The translations under genes and the position numbers were made by a program. A stretch of DNA of 64,000 nucleotides, from the IMG/VR virus record IMGVR_UViG_3300018055_000001, positions 1 to 64,000 of that record; one strand, written 5' to 3'. This DNA is from a virus. Each line of letters starts with the position of its first letter. The first letter of the stretch is position 1. Below, in pieces: positions 8,187 to 16,923 of this stretch. The notes below the pieces were generated by a model that was given only the letters and a program-made list of their open reading frames with translations, did no database searches and was not told where the DNA came from.

Positions 8187-8557
8187 TGGCCACCCGTAAA
8201 GAACGTAGGGAGCGCCGACAAGCCTCCAAAATCGCAGCCAGTATGGAGAAGCGCTTCCTGAGTGGTGCATTGCGTGAGGAGTTAGCAGAGCTGAGGCTCA
8301 ATGAGTTCGATGACGGTCTTCCAGCCCAGAAGCAGCTCGAGCAGCTGGAAGATCGCCACTGTCTGGGGGTTATGGCAGGAATTGCCCTAGGCCTGCCCGG
8401 CACAGAAGTGAATCAAATCATGCGTGAGTATGAAGTCCCTGTAGCCAGGAACATATTGTCGCGCACACCGCACTATCCTTTGCCGAACCCCCTGTTCAAT
8501 ACAGACCCAGACCCCACCAAGTTCGACCCAGTCACTGGCAAGAGAATTGCCCGATAA
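8186..8557 (+). CDS. Hypothetical protein with basic N-terminus MATRKERRERRQ
   Basis: TGATG overlap at 8184-8188. Confidence 0.55.
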   Translation: MATRKERRERRQASKIAASMEKRFLSGALREELAELRLNEFDDGLPAQKQLEQLEDRHCLGVMAGIALGLPGTEVNQIMREYEVPVARNILSRTPHYPLPNPLFNTDPDPTKFDPVTGKRIAR

Positions 8558-8578
8558 CTACAATTGTGAGGAATCAAT

Positions 8579-9253
8579 ATGAGAATTATTGCCAATACTA
8601 GTGTCAACGTTTGCCCTCCAACCGATTGGAATAAGGGCTATTTGATTGAGTACGACTGTCAGATTGTCGAGGAGTCTGAAATAATCGGCGTAGCCAAAGC
8701 AAGCCGTTTGGTCGTGGGTCAAATTGAGTCTTCCGGTTCGTCTGACTACGTCACAATAGCGAGCGTGTGCAGGGCTACCTGCGATGAGGCCTGGGAGGAT
8801 GTGGCCAGGTTTTTCTACGTGGACCCCCAGTCCCATAACGCACAGCATGTACGCCTCTTAGAGAACGTAAACCTGCCTGTCGAAGACTTCTTTTTGGTCA
8901 CCAACATACTCATTGATGAAAAATACTGGGGCAGGAACATTGAAGCGGCTGTGCTTCAGGCCATGATGGATACGCTGGCTTGTCAGTGCTCAATAGTGGC
9001 GTATCGCCATAGACTTGCATCCTCCGTTGGTTCGTTTCTAGCGGCACTGGCTCCCAACTGTATGGAACGTTTTGATTTCTGGATGCCTAGATACCAGGTT
9101 TATCCCCGCTTGAGAGAAGTCGTTGCATGTGAGGGGGTGCAAGGCTTCAAAGTGATCGAAAATGAGAAACCACAAGAGTTGGATCCGGTGCTCGAAGAGG
9201 CCGCCCAGAAAATATCAGCGTTGCTCGACCCAGACCCGAAGAGTATCAACTAG
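8579..9253 (+). CDS. Hypothetical protein
   Basis: 224-aa ORF; GAGGA SD before ATG 8579. Confidence 0.65.
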   Translation: MRIIANTSVNVCPPTDWNKGYLIEYDCQIVEESEIIGVAKASRLVVGQIESSGSSDYVTIASVCRATCDEAWEDVARFFYVDPQSHNAQHVRLLENVNLPVEDFFLVTNILIDEKYWGRNIEAAVLQAMMDTLACQCSIVAYRHRLASSVGSFLAALAPNCMERFDFWMPRYQVYPRLREVVACEGVQGFKVIENEKPQELDPVLEEAAQKISALLDPDPKSIN

Positions 9254-9261
9254 GGCGTACT

Positions 9262-9519
9262 ATGGCCGCCTTCACCCGTAAAGAGCGCCGGGAAGCCCGC
9301 AAGTTCGAACGACGCCTGGCCAAAAGGCTCAAGCGGCAGCAAACTCCCGGGGTGGCCATAGAACTTCCTCCCATGACCATCACCAATGTCCGGATGACCC
9401 ATGGACTGCTCACTATTGAGGGCATCGATGAAAATGGCGCCAAAGTGGTTAGGACTGGGGAAGTACAAAACCCCGAATACCCACCCGAGTATTCTATAAG
9501 CATAGGAAAGACCCCCTGA
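9262..9519 (+). CDS. Small protein with basic N-terminus MAAFTRKERREARKFERR
   Basis: 85-aa ORF directly upstream of the 1018-aa gene. Confidence 0.55.
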   Translation: MAAFTRKERREARKFERRLAKRLKRQQTPGVAIELPPMTITNVRMTHGLLTIEGIDENGAKVVRTGEVQNPEYPPEYSISIGKTP

Positions 9520-9520
9520 A

Positions 9521-12500
9521 ATGGCCAACTACAGTCCTGAAGAAGTCAATGCAGCCGTAACCAAGATTGTGCGGTCGAGTGTCACCCATCCCTCGGGTAT
9601 TCTCGGGAACAGAGACACGCAGACGACATTCAACGAATTGCAAGAAGCGGCTGCGGGGGTCTTTGTACTTTACTACAACGCCCCCTTCTATTGCATCGGG
9701 CTGGGTACCACAAGAGTCGTCGATTACGTGACAAATCAGCGGGGAACGGTGACCCAGCTCAAGGAAGCAGTCGAAGTTACAAACAAGCTGACTACCCCCA
9801 TCAGCGATATCTCCCCAATAGCTAACGCCAATGCCGCCCTCGAGGCCCTCGGGAGCGCCGTAGCCAATCGAAAGGACGGCTTCCAGGACATGGAGAATGT
9901 TCCTGCCTACAAGCGTTACTCAGCTGCCATCAATCAGTTCGTCACGGCAGGGGGAGGGAACATCAAGACGGTGACGACCGACCCGGTGAGTGGCGCTACT
10001 ACGTCCCGCGTCACAGACACCCCCGCCGGGGCTCGCGCCCAAATCCCCTCCCTCGTCACCAGCATGCAGACTCAGCACCAAGACCTCATCTCCCGGGTTG
10101 GGCTGCTTGCCAATGCGATGGCGGACTTTGGTTCAATGAACCTGCCCCAGAACACAGCGCAGGGAGTCATCTCCCGCTCGAGTGCTGTGCTCAAGGGGCA
10201 TTACGACACGCTGGAATCCCAGGATGAGAACACGCGCCTCACCAACCTCCGGGCAATCATGCTGGACCTACTCACACAGCAACCATTGGTAGAGAAATAC
10301 GGCAAAGCGCTGGCTCCAAACGAGTACATCTCTGCCAACGCAGTCGGCATGGCCTACAGTGATACGACCAATCTTTCTACGCCAGCTGCAGTCACGAGTG
10401 ATATTCAAGGCCCCTACGCCATTACCGCGGCGAACCAGTTCATACGGCTCATCATCGATGGCAGCACAACCTTCGACTACCCATTGCCATTGGGCATGGT
10501 GGCTGCCATCAATGGGACGCTTCAAGAGCCATTCACTATCGCTGCTGGGGTCAACGATAGGCTTGATATTCTGTTCGATGATCCCGATGTGCCCACCCCC
10601 ACAACCTTCAGTATCCCAATTACGGCGGGGACTCTTCGTACTTCATCTGCTGTTGCCGCGGAAATCAATGCCGCGCTGACGGGTACTGAGTTGGTGTGCG
10701 AGCGTTCTTTTTACCCCCTCAGATACGACAACCTCGTGACAGTGGCCTCGTTGGGCGGCAACAACGCTCGTTTCATGCCTTTGGCAGGTGGGCTTTCCGG
10801 GCTTGGTATCGCGGCGGGCGATGAGCTGGATATCCTCACTGGTCCAGACGCAGGGACAGTGTGGTCAATCACGTTTGTGGAATCAGCGGGCACTTATGTG
10901 GATGCAGTGGGCTCTGCCCCGGTGACTCCTGTCTCATTGCCTGATGACGTTGAAGTGAAGGTGGGTCCAGCCGCTAGGACGTTGAATTTGCGTGATGTCA
11001 ATGCGGACACTAGCCTCAATCTGCGCAGGACAATTCGTCTGCCGAACACGGATTCGACCTCCAACAATACGGCGGCTACATTGGGCTGGTATCCAGGCAT
11101 GGAATCCCGCTCTCGGCCAATAGCAGCCAAGAATTTGGCCAAGAATCTCTCGTCTTCCACGTCCGTCATTGCGGCCACAGCCGTGTTCGAAGTGACCCAC
11201 TACTCTGGAAGAGCTCGCTCGGATGCATCCAATGCAGGAGTCGTTGTGCTGTCCAAACTGGAGGCCGAGGGCACAATCACCGATGGGTTCAACATTGTGT
11301 TTACGGCAGGCGCTGGTGTGGACCTCTCAGTGGTCAGGCTATTTGATCATATTGTAGTTCGTTCCAGCGTGGCTTCTGCAGACATCAACGTAGAAGGCGT
11401 CATCACAGCATTGGATGCCACGACGATCACAGCCTCCATGAATTCGTCCATCACTGCAGGCGCCGTGGGCATCGAGGTTGGGCCGGGGCTCATTTTCCAC
11501 TTTGGGGACATCCTCAACATCCTCGATGGCAACAACCAAGGCCGCTACTCTGTGCGTGATTCCCAAGGGGTGGGCACTACATGTTCCATTGAGGTGCCTG
11601 TAGAGGGGCCGTTGCCCATTCCAAAGGATGGAGCGAATCCTGCAGTCTTCAACGTAGAGTTCGGTGCTGAGTTTTTGTCCTTCGGTAGCCGGCTGCAGCA
11701 AATCTCCAGCAGTGTGCAGGTCAACAACCAACCTGGCACTCATGGGGCAGAGTACTTCTTCTATACCTCGAGTTTGCCTGCATCTGCGCGCGGCACTACC
11801 CCCTATCTGCAGTTCAGCTCGTGGCCTGCGGGGATCGAGGTAGGAGACCTCATTCTCATTTACGAGACAGATATCGAGGTGGTGACTCGAGAGTTCGTTG
11901 TGGCGGATGCCACAGAAGCCAACCTGCGCGTGGTGAAGATTTCACCTGAGATTGAGTCTACGGCTAGCTACCTATTCATGCCCAACCAGAACCCACCGTT
12001 TGCGCTGATTCGTGTTGCCAAGGTGGCGGACTATGTGACGCTGAAGACTGGCCTCGACGCCTGGCTGGCTGCAGCGCCGCAACAGACGCAGTTCTTCCGT
12101 GACTTGGCCCGTTTGCTCAATCCCGTGCTGCTAAATGCGAACCCTACATCGGCTGAGGTCAATACTGCAGTGTCTCAGCTACAAGTGCTTTTGGACAGCC
12201 TAGACAACCTCAATAATGCACTGCTTGTCTACAGCTCGCCTGTCGAGCCTTCGATTGATGCATTATTGGCCAGTTTCAGGGATAAGGGATCTGATAGAGC
12301 CATTGATCTTTTGCTGGGCGGACAGTTCAGCGCGTTCTTTGGGCTCGATATGGAGAGTACAAGCTATTCAGGGACTCTCACCAAGAGTGCTCGAGAGCTT
12401 GCTACCAACGACTTGCCCATGCGTAAGACGAATCGCACAAACCTCACCGGGCAGACCAGCATTGGCGTGATCCCTGATGAGAAGGATTTTGAATTCAACT

Positions 12501-12577
12501 CAGACGATGCAGATTCACCTGCGACGCCTGACATACCGGTAGGCGCCGACATCGTGACGCCGGGAGCGAGCTATTGA
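9521..12577 (+). CDS. Large (1018 aa) putative virion structural protein
   Basis: A/T/S/V/G-rich beta-type composition; ILxGxxxGxYxh modules (DILTGPDAGTVWSI, NILDGNNQGRYSV) shared with the giant baseplate-module proteins. Confidence 0.55.
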   Translation: MANYSPEEVNAAVTKIVRSSVTHPSGILGNRDTQTTFNELQEAAAGVFVLYYNAPFYCIGLGTTRVVDYVTNQRGTVTQLKEAVEVTNKLTTPISDISPIANANAALEALGSAVANRKDGFQDMENVPAYKRYSAAINQFVTAGGGNIKTVTTDPVSGATTSRVTDTPAGARAQIPSLVTSMQTQHQDLISRVGLLANAMADFGSMNLPQNTAQGVISRSSAVLKGHYDTLESQDENTRLTNLRAIMLDLLTQQPLVEKYGKALAPNEYISANAVGMAYSDTTNLSTPAAVTSDIQGPYAITAANQFIRLIIDGSTTFDYPLPLGMVAAINGTLQEPFTIAAGVNDRLDILFDDPDVPTPTTFSIPITAGTLRTSSAVAAEINAALTGTELVCERSFYPLRYDNLVTVASLGGNNARFMPLAGGLSGLGIAAGDELDILTGPDAGTVWSITFVESAGTYVDAVGSAPVTPVSLPDDVEVKVGPAARTLNLRDVNADTSLNLRRTIRLPNTDSTSNNTAATLGWYPGMESRSRPIAAKNLAKNLSSSTSVIAATAVFEVTHYSGRARSDASNAGVVVLSKLEAEGTITDGFNIVFTAGAGVDLSVVRLFDHIVVRSSVASADINVEGVITALDATTITASMNSSITAGAVGIEVGPGLIFHFGDILNILDGNNQGRYSVRDSQGVGTTCSIEVPVEGPLPIPKDGANPAVFNVEFGAEFLSFGSRLQQISSSVQVNNQPGTHGAEYFFYTSSLPASARGTTPYLQFSSWPAGIEVGDLILIYETDIEVVTREFVVADATEANLRVVKISPEIESTASYLFMPNQNPPFALIRVAKVADYVTLKTGLDAWLAAAPQQTQFFRDLARLLNPVLLNANPTSAEVNTAVSQLQVLLDSLDNLNNALLVYSSPVEPSIDALLASFRDKGSDRAIDLLLGGQFSAFFGLDMESTSYSGTLTKSARELATNDLPMRKTNRTNLTGQTSIGVIPDEKDFEFNSDDADSPATPDIPVGADIVTPGASY

Positions 12578-13089
12578 TGACTACCACGACTAAGCAACTA
12601 AAACCCCATCCCATGAAGGGCAAGAAGCGCGGTCCGATAACTAAAGAGCGCAAGGCAGAGCTAGCGCGTTTACGAGATCAAGCTGAGAAAGACAGAATAT
12701 CTCAGGTAAGGGCAGGCATATTGAAGCTCCCTTTGGTGGATGTATGGGTGGTGCGGGTTGATGCTAGAGGCCGAGTCTCCATACTGAAAACCAAGGCTCG
12801 CTCCACTCTCTCCGTAGGCGGTACGCTTTACTACAGGCACGATGCTCACAGGCTGGTGGGAAATGATTCATCAGGGAATCGCATACCGCCCAGCAAGTAT
12901 GTGTATTTTCGTGACTGCTACGAAGTGAAGCGCGTGGCTGAAGCGATGGCTGAGGAGAAAAGGGAGGCTATTCTGTGTGAAGCTACGCTGCGGCTGAGTA
13001 GAGCCACAGCCGTCAAGGTGTTGGCGCAGGCTCAAATGGATGAGAGAACACCCATCATCGAAGACCCAGAACTTCAGGCGTCGTATTGA
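12577..13089 (+). CDS. Hypothetical basic protein
   Basis: TGATG overlap with upstream stop; MTTTTKQLKPHPMKGKKRGP... Confidence 0.6.
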   Translation: MTTTTKQLKPHPMKGKKRGPITKERKAELARLRDQAEKDRISQVRAGILKLPLVDVWVVRVDARGRVSILKTKARSTLSVGGTLYYRHDAHRLVGNDSSGNRIPPSKYVYFRDCYEVKRVAEAMAEEKREAILCEATLRLSRATAVKVLAQAQMDERTPIIEDPELQASY

Positions 13090-13090
13090 C

Positions 13091-13645
13091 ATGGCCGCGA
13101 ACGACGAACAAGAGTTGAGCCAGCGCGTAGAGGACAGGGCAATGCTACAAGGAGAATCTGTAACTATGGGTATGCTGCAAAAATTGGAGAACCTCAAACG
13201 GCAACAGTTGGCTAAGGCGGCAAAGCCTACGTTCAAAGTAGTGGCCGTGCACACGACTAAAGAAAATCCAGTCGAGGCCATGGAGACCTTGGAGCATTTG
13301 GGATTCAGCCAGAAAGTACAAGAGATCATAGATTGCTCCGTTCAACGGCTAGTGAATGAGTGGTTAGCCAGGCCTGACCATGAAGTTGTGAACTACCTAG
13401 GCATGGTGGCGCTTTTGGCTGAGTCTGATGATGGGGCCTATTTGAACTTGTTGCCGCTTGAGGAAGGTATAACCAACCTTCGCTGGCTCGCAGAGCAGCG
13501 CACCCTGGTTTACATGGACAGGTTCGATAGTGACATACGCAAGCCAGTTCCAGGGCACATGCACAAGTTGCCCATCTACGTGTTCGTCAGGCTTTCAAAC
13601 GAGAAGGCAAATGTCGGCATCTTCTTCATGGGTAAGAAGGCTTGA
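13091..13645 (+). CDS. Hypothetical protein
   Basis: Internal ATG 13091 (MAANDEQELSQ...) two nt after upstream stop. Confidence 0.6.
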   Translation: MAANDEQELSQRVEDRAMLQGESVTMGMLQKLENLKRQQLAKAAKPTFKVVAVHTTKENPVEAMETLEHLGFSQKVQEIIDCSVQRLVNEWLARPDHEVVNYLGMVALLAESDDGAYLNLLPLEEGITNLRWLAEQRTLVYMDRFDSDIRKPVPGHMHKLPIYVFVRLSNEKANVGIFFMGKKA

Positions 13646-13654
13646 AAAGGCAAA

Positions 13655-13679
13655 GGGCAGCGTTGAAAGCGCGCTGCCC
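13655..13679. terminator. Hairpin between convergent genes (bidirectional terminator candidate)
   Basis: GGGCAGCG-ttgaaagcg-CGCTGCCC, perfect 8-bp stem. Confidence 0.6.
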
Positions 13680-13689
13680 TGCCCGTCTG

Positions 13690-14067
13690 CTACAGAGGGA
13701 AGCCTAGCCTGTCTTTAGTCCCTTGAAATACTGTGTCGTCGTAGGTCATACCGTCATCGGTAGCTGCGGCGCCAGGGAACTTGGTTTCCAGGGAGTGCCC
13801 CAGAGCATTGGCTACTTCAATTTGTTCTGTCAATAGGCCTTCCTCGGTAATGAGGCCCCTCTCGGTGAGCAACTGAATGAGAGCGGTCAGCTTTGCGTTG
13901 GTTCGAAGATCTGCTTCCTTTGCATCTTGTATTGCCAGGAAGGCACCATCGGTACTGTCTCGAGTACCGAGCTGCCAGTTAGCGAATACAACTTTCCATT
14001 GGGAAATACGTGTCATCAGGTGTGCCAGCTGTTGTCTCAATTGTGGGAGTCTGTCATGGTGTGGCAT
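13690..14067 (-). CDS. Hypothetical protein
   Basis: Internal ATG 14067 (MPHHDRLPQLRQQL...) 14 nt after upstream stop. Confidence 0.5.
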   Translation of the reverse strand: MPHHDRLPQLRQQLAHLMTRISQWKVVFANWQLGTRDSTDGAFLAIQDAKEADLRTNAKLTALIQLLTERGLITEEGLLTEQIEVANALGHSLETKFPGAAATDDGMTYDDTVFQGTKDRLGFPL

Positions 14068-14080
14068 AGCGTTGTCTTTC

Positions 14081-14695
14081 TTAGGAGGAGAAGGAGGGTT
14101 GGGCTGGTGCGTTGGCGAGATAGGTGGCAGCTGCGGAGTCCACTCCTGCCACGGTAGTTGCAGCCTCGACGGCCAAAATGACGGTTTGCGCTTCGGCGTA
14201 AAGCCCAACTACGTAGACGCCAATGGCTTCGACCACAGCCGTAAAGCCATTGGCGTTGACGATGTCGGTGTACGTTGTGCCGTCTCGTGAGTACACGCGG
14301 TATGGGAACGACAGTCCCAGAGAATTCCATTTGCCTCCAATGGATTGCCAGTAGAGCCAGCGGCCTTGGTCCGCATCGGTAACGGCCAAGTGCTTGCCTG
14401 AACTGGCTGGGTATTCAACGCCAAGCCCCCAGTCGATGTAGGCCTCCCGGGCATTGCAAACGGCAGTAATAACCCTCGCTTTCTCCGCAACCAGCTCGGC
14501 GGCATCTACCACTGCCTTTTCGGCGGGTGACATTTCCACAATGAGATCCCCCGAAACCTTGCAGTACTTGATGGGCACTGTTTCCAGGATGGTGAGATCG
14601 GGGTTGATGATCCATTGTTCCACCGGATAGTCTGGCGTATTCACGCTGTACAGAATCTCCAGTGGCACGGCTGTTCTATTTACAACTGTGGCCAT
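14081..14695 (-). CDS. Hypothetical protein
   Basis: 204-aa ORF, first gene of a two-gene minus-strand unit. Confidence 0.6.
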   Translation of the reverse strand: MATVVNRTAVPLEILYSVNTPDYPVEQWIINPDLTILETVPIKYCKVSGDLIVEMSPAEKAVVDAAELVAEKARVITAVCNAREAYIDWGLGVEYPASSGKHLAVTDADQGRWLYWQSIGGKWNSLGLSFPYRVYSRDGTTYTDIVNANGFTAVVEAIGVYVVGLYAEAQTVILAVEAATTVAGVDSAAATYLANAPAQPSFSS

Positions 14696-14740
14696 TACGC
14701 ATTCCTTTCTTCGAAGAGCATCCTATCGAAACTCGGGTTA

Positions 14741-14755
14741 GATTCGGGCATAAGA
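14741..14755 (+). promoter_or_regulatory. Class-2 promoter-like motif GATTCGGGCATAAGA
   Basis: Same CGGGnATAAGA + N6-8 + SD + ATG layout as five other sites; here followed by GAGGTG and ATG 14770. Confidence 0.5.
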
Positions 14756-14769
14756 GCTCAGAGGTGATT

Positions 14770-15006
14770 ATGACAGACCGCCACTACGCGTACATCGTGA
14801 CATTGGACCACGATATTCGAGAAGACGATTCCCAACCGTTGATCGACGCAATCGGCTGCATGCGCTATGTAATCTCGGTGGAACCCCTTGTGGCCGATAT
14901 CGCTGTTCATGCGGCAGAGGCTAGGGTAAAGCACAGGTACTACATGGCCATGTGGGAGGCAGTGAGGCAGGTATTTGAAGGAAAGAAGAAACCCGATGAC
15001 ACCTGA
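14770..15006 (+). CDS. Hypothetical small protein
   Basis: GAGGTG SD 3-4 nt before ATG 14770 (MTDRHYAYIVTLDHD...). Confidence 0.6.
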   Translation: MTDRHYAYIVTLDHDIREDDSQPLIDAIGCMRYVISVEPLVADIAVHAAEARVKHRYYMAMWEAVRQVFEGKKKPDDT

Positions 15007-15544
15007 ACAAAAACGTGAACGTTTGGCGGAGATTAGCGCCACTTTGCGCGCAGCCATCAACCCAAGGGGGGATATAGAGGCTGTGGTTGTGGTGGTCAGT
15101 ACAAAAGACGGTGAGTTCGTGGGTATTGCCTCGAATGTCTGCACAGAGCGAGCTGACGCGATTCTCAACGCGGCGGCCACAAGGGATGGCCATGTTGACC
15201 ATTCCACTGAGCCTGGTGTTTTTGAGGTGGACACTGCCACCAACGTATCTATCGAAGACTTTTCACTGGCCTGTTTGCGTGTCAATGACGGCATGGCACT
15301 GCATCGGGGACACAAGATGCTCTTGGTTGCGCAGCAAGTCCGAGAGGACAATGGCCCCGTAGTCTTCAACGGCAGGCTGTGGGTGAAAGTTCCTTATCAG
15401 GTAGGTGACGTTTTCAAAGTGATGAGTGGCAACAAGTACTCTCTGACGTATTGGGTCTGCGTGTCACCAGGGCACTTCGTGATGGCCACTCGAGAAGCCG
15501 CCTTGAAGTATGTAGCTAGCAAGGAGCCAATTCCCGATGTCTGA
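14996..15544 (+). CDS. Hypothetical protein
   Basis: MTPEQKRERLAEISA...; overlaps upstream stop by 11 nt. Confidence 0.6.
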   Translation: MTPEQKRERLAEISATLRAAINPRGDIEAVVVVVSTKDGEFVGIASNVCTERADAILNAAATRDGHVDHSTEPGVFEVDTATNVSIEDFSLACLRVNDGMALHRGHKMLLVAQQVREDNGPVVFNGRLWVKVPYQVGDVFKVMSGNKYSLTYWVCVSPGHFVMATREAALKYVASKEPIPDV

Positions 15545-15716
15545 CTGTACCGAGTGCGCATGCCCGCACCATTGGCACAACTACATCACCGGTCTTTGCT
15601 ACGGATGTGGCAAGACGTGTGCGACTGAAGTTCGACCTCCGCAGATACCCTTCGAGCTGGCGCAGGACATGGATCAGGTGAAATTGGAGGCATTGACCAC
15701 CCGTTGTGATGGATAA
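15537..15716 (+). CDS. Cys/His-rich 59-aa protein (zinc-ribbon-like)
   Basis: Own translation MSDCTECACPHHWHNYITGLCYGCGKTCATEVRPPQIPFELAQDMDQVKLEALTTRCDG*; AAGGAG SD 10 nt upstream; below ORF-track size cut-off. Confidence 0.5.
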   Translation: MSDCTECACPHHWHNYITGLCYGCGKTCATEVRPPQIPFELAQDMDQVKLEALTTRCDG

Positions 15717-15732
15717 TGGAGGTGATCCCGCC

Positions 15733-16899
15733 ATGGCAAACTACGCTCCTCCTGAGAAAATAGAAGAGGCCAAACGTCTCCGTAGGCTTGGGTATTCGCT
15801 CAGGTCCATTTCTAAAGCACTTGGTATGCACCGCGAAACCATCATGGAGCACGTCGGCAAAATCAGCCGTTCTGACGCAATGCGCATGTATCACGAACGT
15901 CGGAAGGGCAGGACTGAGTTTTCCCTTGAGGCATGCGTGGTACGAGAAAGGAAGCAGAGGTTCGTGCCAATAGGCGAGGACTCCGAGGGCTATGAGCAGG
16001 AAACTGAGATAGTCAGCTTGCTCGATGAAGGGTCAGTGCCAGAGGATGTTGTGGAGCCCATCGCAAAGAGTGTGGCAAAAACAGTGGGGCAGTACAGGTT
16101 CGACAGGCGCACCCGGCTGACAGTCGAGGAAGAGTTTGAGCTTTGGAAAGCGTGGAAAGTGAATGGCGATGTCTCGGCGCGTGATCTGATAATTCGATGC
16201 CACATGCACTACGTCGAGCAAATTGTCCACATGCTCCCAAGCTACGGCGTCCCGTTTGACGTACTGATAGCAGAAGGCAACTACGGCTTGATCAAGGCGT
16301 TGGACAAATTTGAGCCAGAGCGTGGGCTGCGATTCATCACCTATGCCGCATGGTGGATAAAGTCGACGATCTCCAATTACATCCGCGTGTCTCGCACAGT
16401 CATCAATCGGGAGTTAGTCAGAAGCGGCGTAGTTTACAAGCTTCGTCGAGAGTACGCGAGAGCTATGAATCTAGTGGGTAATGACCACGATGCAGTTGTG
16501 TCCATGGTGTCTGAGCGGGTGAAGTTGCCAGTCGGAAAGGTTAGGGACTTGCTGCAGAGACTGAACTCTTACGACGTGTCGTTGGACAAGAAGTTTGGGG
16601 ACGATTCCAACCAAGCATTGGTTGATACTTTGGCGGCAGACACGGCTACACCTGACGCAGGGCAGGATGCACGTGAACAAGATTCTTCCCAAAGGGCACT
16701 CGTCGCCCCGGCGTTGGGGCAATTGGAGCCTCGAGAACGATTCATTGCAGAGAAGCGTTTTATGGAGGATGAACCACCGAGCCTGGCTGAACTCGGCAGG
16801 CAGCTTGGTGTGTCCAGGGAGCGGGTGCGGCAAATCGAAACTAAAGTCATTCGTAAGCTTCGTAAAACGTTGGGGAAAGCCCAAGTCATTGGTGTTTGA
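15733..16899 (+). CDS. Sigma-70 family RNA polymerase sigma factor
   Basis: Region 2 LIAEGNYGLIKALDKFEPERGLRFITYAAWWIKSTISNYI; region 4.2 SLAELGRQLGVSRERVRQIETKVIRKLR; extra N-terminal HTH RLGYSLRSISKALGMHRETI. GGAGG precedes ATG 15733; alt ATG 15709. Confidence 0.9.
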   Translation: MANYAPPEKIEEAKRLRRLGYSLRSISKALGMHRETIMEHVGKISRSDAMRMYHERRKGRTEFSLEACVVRERKQRFVPIGEDSEGYEQETEIVSLLDEGSVPEDVVEPIAKSVAKTVGQYRFDRRTRLTVEEEFELWKAWKVNGDVSARDLIIRCHMHYVEQIVHMLPSYGVPFDVLIAEGNYGLIKALDKFEPERGLRFITYAAWWIKSTISNYIRVSRTVINRELVRSGVVYKLRREYARAMNLVGNDHDAVVSMVSERVKLPVGKVRDLLQRLNSYDVSLDKKFGDDSNQALVDTLAADTATPDAGQDAREQDSSQRALVAPALGQLEPRERFIAEKRFMEDEPPSLAELGRQLGVSRERVRQIETKVIRKLRKTLGKAQVIGV

Positions 16900-16923
16900 A
16901 CAGTCAAGGGTAGGTACAATCAT

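Noticed and set aside
14758-15369. 203-aa minus-strand ORF
   Set aside because: It is antisense to two SD-led plus-strand genes (14770, 14996) downstream of a class-2 promoter.
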